This document shows positions 49,595 through 59,282 of a stretch of DNA of 64,000 nt, in pieces. Under the pieces are notes generated by a model that saw only the letters and a program-made list of their open reading frames with translations, was not told the DNA's origin and did not search any database. How positions within the stretch are numbered: position 1 is the first letter of the stretch; each line of letters begins with the position of its first letter. Source of the stretch: an uncultured Acidobacteriota bacterium. Lineage in GTDB: Bacteria > Acidobacteriota > Terriglobia > Acidiferrales > UBA7541. The stretch is from the NCBI GenBank assembly GCA_963735525.1, contig CAVTLQ010000012.1:165005-229004 (forward strand). The letters run 5' to 3'. The translations under genes were made by a program, and so were the position numbers.

Positions 49595-50134
49595 ATGAGA
49601 ATCGGGATTTGTCCAGTCGCGCTTATCTTGCTGGCTGCCGCATCGGCGCTGGCGGCGCCGCAAAGCACTCCGCCGCACGATCCGCAATTGATCGACGCTC
49701 AGGGCTATCAAAGATTGGTCGACCAATACCACGGGAAGCCCGTCTTGATCACCTTTTGGGCTACCTGGTGCGAGCCCTGCCGCGACGAATACCCCATGCT
49801 CAACCAACTGGCAAAGCAATATGCGCCGGAGGGCTTGCGCGTTGTCGGCGTCAATCTCGATCAAGACGGCGACTTGATCCTGATGCGGCGTTTCATCGCG
49901 CGATACAAACCGGTCTTCCCGAACTACCGCAAGAAAGCCGGGGGCGAGGCGCCGTTCGTCGAGGTTGTCCTGCCCGGCTGGCATGGCGAGATTCCGGCAT
50001 CCTTCTTCTACGCCAAGGACGGCCGCCAGATCGGCCACCTGGTCGGCGCCAACACCCGCGAGACGTACGAAGCGGCGATTCGCTCTCTGCTGGCTTCGGA
50101 TGCAAGCGCCGCCGCTGCGCCGCCAGCCAAGTAA
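49595..50134 (+). CDS. TlpA-family disulfide reductase
   Basis: signal peptide; FWATWCEPCRDEYP. Confidence 0.9.
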   Translation: MRIGICPVALILLAAASALAAPQSTPPHDPQLIDAQGYQRLVDQYHGKPVLITFWATWCEPCRDEYPMLNQLAKQYAPEGLRVVGVNLDQDGDLILMRRFIARYKPVFPNYRKKAGGEAPFVEVVLPGWHGEIPASFFYAKDGRQIGHLVGANTRETYEAAIRSLLASDASAAAAPPAK

Positions 50135-50175
50135 AATTCCGGCGATTCCTGCGCATTTTTCTTCCGAGGTGTCCG

Positions 50176-50890
50176 ATGCTCGACATGAAGGGAAACAAGG
50201 TCACGTATTTCGGCCACAGCGCGTTTTCGCTCACCACGCCTACCGGCCAGGTTGCGCTGATCGACCCGTGGGTTATGACGAATCCCGCGTGCCCCGAGGC
50301 CTTGAAGAAGGTGCCGCGGCTCGACGTGGTCTTTTTGTCTCATGCGCATTCCGATCATCTTGGAGATTTACTGGAGCTTGCCAAGCAGCATAAGCCCCAG
50401 ATTGTCGCGAGCTTTGAAACCTGCCTGTGGCTGGAAAGCAAGGGTTTTGAGAATGAAACCAATCCGATGGGCAAGGGTGGCTCGCAGAAAGTCGGCGCTT
50501 TTGAAGTCACCATGACGCACGCGTTCCATTCCAATTCCATTTTCGAGCACGGCCACGTTCTGTACGCCGGCGAGCCCGCAGGGCTGGTGATTCACATGCC
50601 TGGAGGCTTCACGCTCTATCACGCCGGCGACACGGCCGCTTTTCGGCGATATGAAGTTGATCGGCGAGCTGTACAAACCCGACGTCGCCTTGTTGCCCAT
50701 CGGCGACCGCTACACCATGGGGCCGCGGGAAGCTGCCTATGCGATTCGGCTTCTCGGAGTGAAGCACGTCGTCCCGATGCACTATGCGACCTTCCCTTTT
50801 CTGACTGGGACTCCCGATGCTTTGCGAGCCGAAAGCCGGGACATTGCAGGCTTGCACATCCACGCACTGAAGCCAGGAGAAAGTCTGTGA
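50176..50890 (+). CDS. metal-dependent hydrolase, MBL fold (UPF0173-like); apparent frameshift near 50641
   Basis: YFGHSAF, SHAHSDH, YHAGDT in one frame, continuing as FGDMKLIG...LPIGDRYTMGP...VPMHY in another. Confidence 0.88.
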
Positions 50891-51543
50891 TCCGAACTGA
50901 AAATCTTCGCAGCGGGTACATTCAAGACGACGTCGAAGAGTATCTGTACGAACTTCTTCCCAAGCGGGATGCGGTGATCGATGAAATCGAAGACTATGCG
51001 GCGAAGAACCGCGTGCCGATCATCGGCCCGGCGGTGGCTCGGCTCTTGACCTTGCTGGTGCAAGTTTCCGGCGCCAAGCGCATCTTCGAGATGGGATCCG
51101 CGATCGGCTATTCAACGATCTGGCTCGCGCGAGCTGTTGGGCCGAAAGGCGAAGTCTTTTACACCGACGGCAGTCCGGAAAATGCGCGTCGCGCGCAAGA
51201 CTACTTCCGCAGGGCGGGCATAGCCAAGCGCGTTCGCGTCCAAGTGGGAGACGCGCTCGCCGCGCTCACGAAAACACCTGGCAAATTTGATTTGATTTTC
51301 AACGATGTCGACAAGCACCAGTATCCGGATGCGTTGCGCGCGGCTTTGCCGAAGCTGAAGCGCGGCGGGTTGCTCGTCACCGACAATACGCTATGGTCAG
51401 GCAAGGCGGCGCGCCCGGCGGCGGCGGACGACATCCACACGCGCGGCGTGCAGGAATTCAACCGCCTCGTTTACGCCTCAAAGGATCTCTACCCGGTATT
51501 GCTCCCGCTCCGCGACGGCGTCACCGTATGCCGCAAGCTGTAA
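50887..51543 (+). CDS. O-methyltransferase (caffeoyl-CoA OMT-like family)
   Basis: VPIIGPAV, EMGSAIGYSTIWLA, FDLIFND, DNTLW, PLRDG; GTGA overlap with the upstream gene. Confidence 0.9.
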   Translation: MIRTENLRSGYIQDDVEEYLYELLPKRDAVIDEIEDYAAKNRVPIIGPAVARLLTLLVQVSGAKRIFEMGSAIGYSTIWLARAVGPKGEVFYTDGSPENARRAQDYFRRAGIAKRVRVQVGDALAALTKTPGKFDLIFNDVDKHQYPDALRAALPKLKRGGLLVTDNTLWSGKAARPAAADDIHTRGVQEFNRLVYASKDLYPVLLPLRDGVTVCRKL

Positions 51544-51634
51544 CGTTTTTGTTTTTGGGTCGCGAGCAACCTCGCACCTAGGTCGGCCAATCTTACCTCC
51601 GACCGAATGGCCTCGATGTGGGAATGGCAAGACC

Positions 51635-53014
51635 ATGACAACAGCTTCTGTGTCAGCGGCAAAAACTGCGGCGCGGCGTCCACCAGGGCCCAAGGGTAAT
51701 TTCCTGCTAGGCAGTTTGGGCGCGGTGTCCCGCGACTGGCTGGAGTTTTATGCCCGCTGTGCGAAAGAATACGGCGACATCGTCTATCTTCGATACCTGC
51801 ACGTTCCCATTTGTCTGCTGATGCACCCGCGCGACATCGAATATGTGCTGGCGACCAATCCTGGCAATTTCACCAAATCCGCGGATTATCGCGCCCTCTC
51901 CCGCGTTCTCGGCAAAGGATTGCTGACCAGCGAAGGAAAATTCTGGCAGCGGCAGCGCAGTCTTATCCAACCCGCTTTCCGACGCGAAAGCATTCTGTCG
52001 TACGCTCCCGTGATGACCGGCGCGGCCCGCCGCATGATCGATGCTTGGCGTGACACCGAGTCGCGTAACATCCACGACGACCTGATGCGCGTGACACTCG
52101 AGATTGTCGCGCAGTGCCTTTACGGCGCTCAGGTCGTCGACGCCGCCGCGCGAGTCGGCAAGGCCATGCACGTTGTAATGGAAAGATTCATCACCGACGC
52201 GGGCCAAGCTCTTCTTTTCCCTTTCGACATTCCCGATTTTCTAGCTTCCAAGCGGCGGCGTGCCGTCGGTGAGCTGAACAACGTCATCGACGGCATTATT
52301 CGCGAGCGGCGCAACTCCAATCAGCCGCGCGCCGACCTGCTGTCCGCGCTTCTCCAAGCGCGTGACGCAGAAGGCCGGCCCATGAGCGACGCGCAATTGC
52401 GCGATGAAGTTATGACCCTTTTTCTCGCCGGCCACGAGACCACCGCGATTGCCCTCTCTTGGACCTGCTTCCTGTTGGCTCAGAACCCCCACATCGAATC
52501 CCGGCTCGTCGAAGAATTGCGCTCCGTTCTGGGCAATCGCGAACCCACGCCCGAGGATCTTCCGCGTTTGCGTTACACCGAAATGGTACTCAAGGAAGCG
52601 ATGCGTCTTTATCCCGCGGTGTGGGGCATTGGCCGCAGGGCGATCGCGGACTGCGAAATTGGCGGCTACCGGGTGCCGGCGGGCACCAACATCTTCATCT
52701 TTCAATGGCTGACACACCGCGACGCGCGGTTTTTCCCCGATCCGGAGACATTTGATCCAGAGCGCTGGCGCGAAGATCCAGGTCGCTCCGGGAAGATTCC
52801 GCGGTTCGCTTACTTCCCTTTTGGAGGAGGGCCCAGGGTTTGTGTGGGCGCGTCATTTGCGATGATCGAGGCCACCCTGCTGCTCGCCACGATCCTGCAG
52901 CGGGTTCATCTGGACCTTGTGCCCGGCCATCCGGTGGAAATCTTCGCTTCGGTCACGCTGCGCCCAAAACATGGCATCGGCGTCATCGTCCGGCGTCGCG
53001 CTCCGCTGGCGTAA
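51635..53014 (+). CDS. cytochrome P450
   Basis: LAGHETT I-helix, EAMR (ExxR), FDPERW, FPFGGGPRVCVG heme motif. Confidence 0.97.
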   Translation: MTTASVSAAKTAARRPPGPKGNFLLGSLGAVSRDWLEFYARCAKEYGDIVYLRYLHVPICLLMHPRDIEYVLATNPGNFTKSADYRALSRVLGKGLLTSEGKFWQRQRSLIQPAFRRESILSYAPVMTGAARRMIDAWRDTESRNIHDDLMRVTLEIVAQCLYGAQVVDAAARVGKAMHVVMERFITDAGQALLFPFDIPDFLASKRRRAVGELNNVIDGIIRERRNSNQPRADLLSALLQARDAEGRPMSDAQLRDEVMTLFLAGHETTAIALSWTCFLLAQNPHIESRLVEELRSVLGNREPTPEDLPRLRYTEMVLKEAMRLYPAVWGIGRRAIADCEIGGYRVPAGTNIFIFQWLTHRDARFFPDPETFDPERWREDPGRSGKIPRFAYFPFGGGPRVCVGASFAMIEATLLLATILQRVHLDLVPGHPVEIFASVTLRPKHGIGVIVRRRAPLA

Positions 53015-53026
53015 CGACCGGCTGCG

Positions 53027-53938
53027 TCACTGCCGGAAGAAATTTCTCAGCAGGAATCCGACGTTTGCAGGCCGCTCCGCCAGCCGCCGCATGAAATACG
53101 GAAACCAGTCGCCCCCGTAGGGAATGTAGACGCGAACGCGGAACCCGCCCTTCACCAGCCGCCTCTGCAAATCGGTGCGCACGCCGTACAGCATCTGGAA
53201 TTCGAAATCGTCCTTCGAGATTCCCTTCGCCGCCGCCCACCGAATCGTTTCTCCGATCATATGCGGGTCGTGCGTCGCGATGCCGTGGTAGAAGCCGCTG
53301 GGAAGCAGCATCTGCATCAGCCGCACAAAGTTGCCGTCCACATCCCGCTTTCGCTCAAACGCGACTTCCGCCGACTCCTTGTACGCGCCCTTGCAAAGGC
53401 GAATCCGGCAGCCATACGCGAGCAGCTCCTGAACATCGCGCTCGCTCCGGTAAAGATACGCTTGAATTACCGTTCCCACCGCTGGGCTACGTGCCCGAAT
53501 GCGTTTCACCAGCTCCACGGTGCGATCCGTATACAGCGATCCTTCCATATCCACACGCAGAAAATTTTCGTAGCCCGCGGCCCGCTCGACCACGGAAAGC
53601 ACCAGGCCTTCGCAGAATTCCGCGCTCAGGTCCAGGCCCAGCTGCGTGAGCTTGCAGGAAACGTTGGCGTACAGCTTTTCCTTGGCGATGCGTTCGAAGA
53701 TCTCCAGGTAGGAGTCGCGGGCGCGCTGCGCGTCGGCTGTAGTGGAAACATTCTCGCCCAGATAGTCCAGGCTCGCCAGCATTCCGTGGTCGTTGCACAC
53801 GCGGGCGGCGGAGATCGCTTCGTCCAGCGTTTCCCCGGCCACGAATCGCCGCGCCATGCGCCGCGTGGTGCCGTTTGAGGTCACCCACTGCGCAAAGCCG
53901 GGGCTTTCCGAAAGTCTCAGCAGAGTCGTACGGAGCAT
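53027..53938 (-). CDS. monofunctional proline dehydrogenase
   Basis: RFVAGE, LDYLGE, RVDME, RLCKGAY, IATHD, EFQMLYG, YFMRRLAERPAN. Confidence 0.95.
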   Translation of the reverse strand: MLRTTLLRLSESPGFAQWVTSNGTTRRMARRFVAGETLDEAISAARVCNDHGMLASLDYLGENVSTTADAQRARDSYLEIFERIAKEKLYANVSCKLTQLGLDLSAEFCEGLVLSVVERAAGYENFLRVDMEGSLYTDRTVELVKRIRARSPAVGTVIQAYLYRSERDVQELLAYGCRIRLCKGAYKESAEVAFERKRDVDGNFVRLMQMLLPSGFYHGIATHDPHMIGETIRWAAAKGISKDDFEFQMLYGVRTDLQRRLVKGGFRVRVYIPYGGDWFPYFMRRLAERPANVGFLLRNFFRQ

Positions 53939-53981
53939 GGAAGTTGATTATGCCCGCACGCCACGCTGCCGCCTAGCGTGC

Positions 53982-54905
53982 CTACTGGTGATTGTGCTCT
54001 TCCAGGAACTTTTCCGCGTCCAGTGCCGCCATGCAACCCGAGCCGGCCGCCGTGACCGCCTGCCGATAACGATGATCTTGCACATCCCCGGCCACGAACA
54101 CCCCTGGCACGTGCGTCACGCTTCCGTGCTTCGCGATCAGGTAGCCGTTCGTATCCATTTCCAGCTTCCCCTTGAATACCGTCGTATTCGGATCGTGCCC
54201 GATGGCCACAAACACGCCGTGCAGCGCAATCTCCTTGGTTTCGCCGGACTCCGGGTTCCGCACACGCACGGCCTCCACCAGCCCGTTGCTGGCCACGATC
54301 TCTTCCACCACGGCCGGGGTCACCAGTTCTACTTTCTCATTGGCCTTCACGCGGTCGATCATGATCTTCGAGGCGCGAAACTCTTTCCGCCGGTGAATCA
54401 GATACACGCGGCTCGCGTATCGCGAAAGAAAGTTGGCTTCTTCCATCGCCGAGTCGCCGCCGCCGACCACCGCGAGGGCTTTGCCGCGAAAGAAATACCC
54501 ATCGCAGGTCGCGCACGTCGAGACGCCGTGGCCGATCAATTCCCGCTCGTTCGGCAGGCCCAGCAATCGCGCCGACGCCCCTGCCGCCACGATCAACGTC
54601 TTCGCTTCATACGTATCGTTTCCCGCCACAATCTTGAACGGCCGCTGCCTAAGATCGACTTCGGAGATGACGCCGGACTTGAACTCGGTCCCGAATTTCT
54701 GCGCCTGCTTGCGCATGTTCTCAATCAACTCGGGTCCCATGATGCCATCCGGGAAGCCGGGGAAATTCTCCACGTGCGTTGTCAGGGAAAGCTGGCCGCC
54801 CGGCTCGTGGCCGTCGATGACCAGCGGCGTCAGATTGGCACGCGCGGCGTAGATGGCGGCGGTGAGTCCCGCGCAGCCACTGCCGATGATGACTACATTG
54901 TGCAT
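53982..54905 (-). CDS. trxB: thioredoxin-disulfide reductase
   Basis: IIGSGCAGLTAA, VENFPGF, STCATCDG, GGGDSAMEEA, GDVQDHRYRQAVTAAG. Confidence 0.96.
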   Translation of the reverse strand: MHNVVIIGSGCAGLTAAIYAARANLTPLVIDGHEPGGQLSLTTHVENFPGFPDGIMGPELIENMRKQAQKFGTEFKSGVISEVDLRQRPFKIVAGNDTYEAKTLIVAAGASARLLGLPNERELIGHGVSTCATCDGYFFRGKALAVVGGGDSAMEEANFLSRYASRVYLIHRRKEFRASKIMIDRVKANEKVELVTPAVVEEIVASNGLVEAVRVRNPESGETKEIALHGVFVAIGHDPNTTVFKGKLEMDTNGYLIAKHGSVTHVPGVFVAGDVQDHRYRQAVTAAGSGCMAALDAEKFLEEHNHQ

Positions 54906-55084
54906 TCGAATGCTCCTTGCTATTGGATTCGCCAGCGTGCCCTGCCGGTGCAGCGAAGACCGGTATTGTAGCATCCTCGCCCGCGCGCCTCGTGCACCGC
55001 ACCCGGCCAAATTGGAGAGCCCATTCGACTTAGTCCGCGTTGACCCGCCGCCATCCCCCCGCGATACAATCGCACTGGCCCTAG

Positions 55085-55151
55085 GTAGCTCAGACACTCC
55101 TGTTTACCCTGCTTGCCCTGAGGAACGAAGGGAGCTTCGAAGGGTCTGTGC
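55085..55151 (+). repeat. nested composite REP-like element, copy 2
   Basis: GTAGCTCAGACACTCCTG-TTTACCCTG-CTTGCCCTGAGGAACGAAGGG-AGCTTCGAAGGG-TCTGTGC. Confidence 0.88.
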
Positions 55152-55223
55152 CCGCCGCAACGCAGGCAACCAGCTGCCAGCGTGACACCTCAGTTTCGCC
55201 GGGCGCTCGGAAGGAACCAAAAA

Positions 55224-55744
55224 ATGGACCCACGCTATCCAATCGGACCATTCGCAATGCCAGCGCGGAAGTCACTCCCGCCCGCCGCCGCCAAGCCATC
55301 GACGAAATCGCAGCCACGCCCGCCAAGCTCCGCGCCGCCGTGAAAGGCCTGAACGACGCGCAGCTCGACACCCCCTACCGCGAAGGCGGCTGGACCGTCC
55401 GCCAAGTCGTGCACCACGTCCCCGACAGCCACATGAACGCCTACATCCGCTTGCGTCTCGCTCTCACCGAAGAAAAGCCCACGATCCGCCGTACGAAGAA
55501 GCCCGCTGGGCGGAGCTCGCCGACTGCCAAACTCCCGATCGAAGTCTCGCAGACGCTTCTCGACTCCGTGCACACCCGCTGGGATAGCGTCTGGCGCTCC
55601 ATGAAGCCCGAACACTTTGCTCGCCCCCTCATCCACCCCGACCACGGCGAGCGCACCATCGATTGGCTGCTCTTCGTCTACGAATGGCACGGCAAACATC
55701 ACACCGCCCACATCACCGAACTTCGCAAACAAAAAAACTGGTAA
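55224..55744 (+). CDS. YfiT/BstA-type DinB-family thiol transferase; apparent indels near 55263 and 55488-55525
   Basis: MDPRYPIG start in another frame; QLDTPYREGGWTVRQVVHHVPDSHMN; PYEEARWAELAD recovered by a frame change; YEWHGKHH. Confidence 0.88.
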
Positions 55745-55890
55745 CATTCCGCCGGACGCGGTCGCCTGCGGCCGGTGGAAGCCCCAGACTTGAAGTCCGG
55801 GAAGCGGGCGCTGCGGCCCGCGGAAAGGCCCTAGTTATGTAGGACGCCGCGGCCTCCGCCCGGCGGAAGCCCCAGACTCGAAGACTTCTG

Positions 55891-56250
55891 GTGCCGGCGA
55901 TCGCGAACGGCCAAGGCCCCTTTCAATTCGCTCTCGATACCGGCGCCTCCAGAACAATGCTGTCTTCTCAGCTAGCTGGGCAGCTGGCCGTCGCAACCAC
56001 CGACGACAGTCCCGTGACCGGAGGCGGCGGCCAAATCCAGATTCTAGCCGGGACACTGAGTTCCCTCGCCGTTGGAGACGCTGAAGTCCGCGACCTTGCC
56101 ATCGGCGCCGGCGAGTTTCTAAATATGCTCAGCGCCGCCGTTGGGGCAAAACTGGACGGCATCATTGGCTATAACTTCCTCAATCAGTTTAGAGTCACAA
56201 TAAATTATCCTCGCAGCACGCTTGACCTTATGCCGGCTGTGTTTTCCTAA
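55891..56250 (+). pseudogene. retropepsin-like aspartyl protease, probably 5'-truncated
   Basis: ALDTGAS and LDGIIGYNFL motifs; begins abruptly after a palindrome cluster, no RBS seen. Confidence 0.6.
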
Positions 56251-56268
56251 ATTCGGTCTACCACTCCA

Positions 56269-57021
56269 ATGCCACAAACACAAACCTGGGATCCCGACCG
56301 CTACGCCCGCAACGCCCGCTTCGTCTCCGATCTCGGCGCGCCCGTCGTCGAACTCCTCGCTCCTCGCGCAGGCGAGCGCATCCTCGATCTCGGCTGCGGC
56401 GACGGCGCGCTCACGGCGAAACTCGCCGCAATGGGATGCCACGTCATCGGCGTCGACGCCAGCGCCGCCCAAATCGAAGCCGCGCGCAAGCTCGGCCTCG
56501 ACGCCCACACCATGGACGCCGAAAATCTCCGCTTCGACCACGAATTCGACGCCGTCTTCAGCAACGCCGCGCTGCACTGGATGCGCCATCCGGACAAAGT
56601 CATCGCCGGCGTCCATCGCGCGCTGAAATCGAACGGCCGCTTCGTCGCGGAATTCGGCGGCCACGGCTGCGTCGCCAAGATCAAGACGGCGTTAGTCGAC
56701 GCCCTCAATCGCCGCGGCATCGATGGAGAAGCCGCCAGCCCCTGGTACTTCCCCACCGTCGAAGACTACTCGCAGCGCCTTACCAACGGCGGCTTCGCGG
56801 TCACCTACATCGCTCTGATACCCCGCCCAACTCCGCTGCCCGGAGACGTAACCTCCTGGCTCGAAACCTTCGCCGAAAGCTTCACCGCACCGTTGCCCGC
56901 CGCCGACCGCCCCGCCTTCCTCGCCGAAGTACAAGAAGCCTTGCGCCCTCAACTCTGCGACGCCCAAGGCCATTGGACCGCCGACTACATCCGCCTCCGC
57001 TTCTCCGCCACAAAGTGCTAA
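56269..57021 (+). CDS. class I SAM-dependent methyltransferase
   Basis: ILDLGCGDG, FDAVFSNAALHW, ADYIRLRF. Confidence 0.92.
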   Translation: MPQTQTWDPDRYARNARFVSDLGAPVVELLAPRAGERILDLGCGDGALTAKLAAMGCHVIGVDASAAQIEAARKLGLDAHTMDAENLRFDHEFDAVFSNAALHWMRHPDKVIAGVHRALKSNGRFVAEFGGHGCVAKIKTALVDALNRRGIDGEAASPWYFPTVEDYSQRLTNGGFAVTYIALIPRPTPLPGDVTSWLETFAESFTAPLPAADRPAFLAEVQEALRPQLCDAQGHWTADYIRLRFSATKC

Positions 57022-57220
57022 ACCGTCGCCGTAGCAACGCGACGACCCGACCCATTACCTCCTGCCTCCTTCCTTCCTCGCTTCTTTCCGCGCCCCAGAC
57101 TGCCCCAAATATCAAAACTCGTTCTCACTCTGTTTTTGCTGCGTTCGTCGGAACCTAACATCATGAAACGGCGGCCATCGTCCTATACTGCTTCGGCCGC
57201 CAGGACGGCTCACTAGCCCA

Positions 57221-58018
57221 ATGCTCGCTCGCATCTGCGCCGCAATACCGGTTCTCCTCTTGGCCGCACTGGCGCCGCTCCATGGTCAAGATCAGCCTGC
57301 GACGCCGGACACCCCCGCACCGATCGCAACGGATCGGCCGTCAGTGACCAACTCCAGCATTGTCGTCCCTCCCGGCGCTCTTCAGGCGGAGAATGGCTTC
57401 CTCGAAACCAGCAGCCAGGGGCAGAGCATCACCGATGGCCCGGAGACCCTATTGCGCCTCGGTGTCGCCACCCGAACAGAGTTGCGCTTCACCGTGCCCG
57501 ACTACTACCGCAACCTGACCGCCGGAGGGGGCCTCGGCTCGGGATTTGGCGACTTGGCCATCGGCGTAAAGGAACAGCTTGGCCCCACGCCAGGTGGATT
57601 CAATGTGTCCGCGACACTGTTCCTCAGTTGCCCCACCGGCGCCGCTGGCGTGTCCAGCGGCGGGTACGATCCAGGGCTGCAGGTGGCCTGGTCCCGCAGT
57701 CTGTCTTCCAAATGGACGCTGGCCGGAATGCTCTCGCTGTACGGGCCCACCCAAGACCACACGCGAAATCTGACCGGCGAATCCACGCTCCTTTTAGATC
57801 GCCAATTGACAGGGCCCTGGGATGCGTTTGTCGAGTACGTGGGTGACTTCCCCGAACGTGGCGGGACGCGTCAGTTGCTGCACTTCGGAACAGCCCTAAA
57901 GCTCGCCAAAGGCCATCAGCTCGACTTCCACGTCGGCGTGGGCCTATCGTCCGCCGCGGTAGATCGTTTCATCGGCATCGGCTACTCCTTCCGATTTCAA
58001 GCGTTCCACCGCGAGTAA
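57221..58018 (+). CDS. outer-membrane beta-barrel 'transporter' (MetA/phenol-degradation-like family)
   Basis: signal peptide; IATDRP, LLRLG, SGFGDLAIGVK, GIGYSFRF. Confidence 0.8.
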   Translation: MLARICAAIPVLLLAALAPLHGQDQPATPDTPAPIATDRPSVTNSSIVVPPGALQAENGFLETSSQGQSITDGPETLLRLGVATRTELRFTVPDYYRNLTAGGGLGSGFGDLAIGVKEQLGPTPGGFNVSATLFLSCPTGAAGVSSGGYDPGLQVAWSRSLSSKWTLAGMLSLYGPTQDHTRNLTGESTLLLDRQLTGPWDAFVEYVGDFPERGGTRQLLHFGTALKLAKGHQLDFHVGVGLSSAAVDRFIGIGYSFRFQAFHRE

Positions 58019-58197
58019 CGCCCTCCGGAACACCACTTAATTGATTAAATCTGTAATACGTCACTCCCACCGTACCGCTCGATTTGCGCCTCGTTCTTCT
58101 CTGCGATCCCTCAGCGTCCTCTGCGCCTGCCTGCCGCAGGCCGGTCTCTGCGGTTAGTTTTCCCTCCTCGATTACCGCGTAAATTCCTCAATCCACA

Positions 58198-58670
58198 CCC
58201 TTTAGATTTTCCTTGACAAATGTTAACTAGTATGGTATGTTATCCATGTCGACTTGCAGTGCACTATCTAGGCGGCATCCTCAGCTTTCCCGTCGGGCCG
58301 TTCCCCAGATCGTCCACGCAACTTCTGTAGGTTCGGAGCATTACGGCACAGGCGGCGAAAGCCCCATGGATTCACACGGCCACAACACCTGCTGCGCGCA
58401 GGCCATCGGCTCCTCAACGTTCCAACGTGCAAACCTGCCAACCTGCAAACATGCCTTAAGTCCTTTAGAATCCACTCTTACAAGAAATGCTCGCACCTGC
58501 CCCAATTCTCGACAAATAACTCCTTTAGAATCAAAAGGCGAGTTTGCTAAGTGCTTTAGATCTCACTCTTACGAAAAAAGCGCCTGTAACTCCTTTATTT
58601 CTCACTCTTACAAAATCATTGGACTTAAAGTCCCATCGAATCACACTCTTACGAAAAAAGGTGGAGGGAG
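58198..58670 (+). repeat. non-coding box-array module, copy 2
   Basis: boxes AAGTCCTTTAGAATCCACTCTT and variants at 58458, 58518, 58549, 58588, 58628; octamer array 58415-58454; ends CTTACGAAAAAAGGTGGAGGG. Confidence 0.85.
58213..58241 (+). promoter_or_regulatory. sigma70-type promoter heading module copy 2
   Basis: TTGACA-N17-TATGTT with TG extended -10, in an AT-rich patch. Confidence 0.75.
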
Positions 58671-58750
58671 CGTGAACGGTTTTTGTCCTCTACTTCCTCT
58701 ACCTCCTTCACGTCTTGCTCCCTTACTTCATCATTTCTCTTGAGGAAACC

Positions 58751-59257
58751 ATGACCAAACAAACGCAAGACCAATCTCGCTGTCAGCACCATGACGTTCT
58801 GAACCGCCGCTGCCGTATGCCTCGCATCGACACCCACCCCGCCTTCTGCTATACCCACTCCAAGGCTGAGCGCGAAGTCCGTGATGCCGAATTCCGCCGC
58901 AACAGGCGTGCTACCTACACGGGCAACTTCTACACCGCCACGGACGTGAACCAAGCTCTCGGCGCCGTTTTCACCTTGCTTGCCCAAGACCGCATCCCCG
59001 CCCGTGAAGCCGCCGTTCTCGCCTCCATCTCCCGGCTGCTTCTGCAATCCATCGAGGGCGTCAGGTACGAAGTCCAGGTTGCCCTTGGCTTTGTGGCTAT
59101 GAGGACCTGGTCCGCAACGTCATCAATCCTCCCCAAAGGAATCTCCCAGCTGCCTCGAACCCTTCCGGCAAAGCCTCGCCGGAAGCTGCTGCTCCCGTCG
59201 AAGCATCCGTCTCGCGCCCCACAACTGGCGCGACCCACGAACCCTCGTGTACGATGA
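58751..59257 (+). CDS. uncharacterised protein with N-terminal C-x9-C-x11-C-x2-H putative zinc finger
   Basis: GAGG RBS; [27 protein letters not shown] then helical [39 protein letters not shown]; true end may be 59286 via an indel near 59095. Confidence 0.7.
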   Translation: MTKQTQDQSRCQHHDVLNRRCRMPRIDTHPAFCYTHSKAEREVRDAEFRRNRRATYTGNFYTATDVNQALGAVFTLLAQDRIPAREAAVLASISRLLLQSIEGVRYEVQVALGFVAMRTWSATSSILPKGISQLPRTLPAKPRRKLLLPSKHPSRAPQLARPTNPRVR

Positions 59258-59282
59258 ACCCCAGCCATTCCAAGGAGAGTTC

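Noticed and set aside
49609-51543. 644-aa MBL hydrolase/O-methyltransferase fusion in the ORF track
   Set aside because: Produced by the indel near 50641; the hydrolase's own C-terminus ends at 50890 and overlaps the methyltransferase GTG
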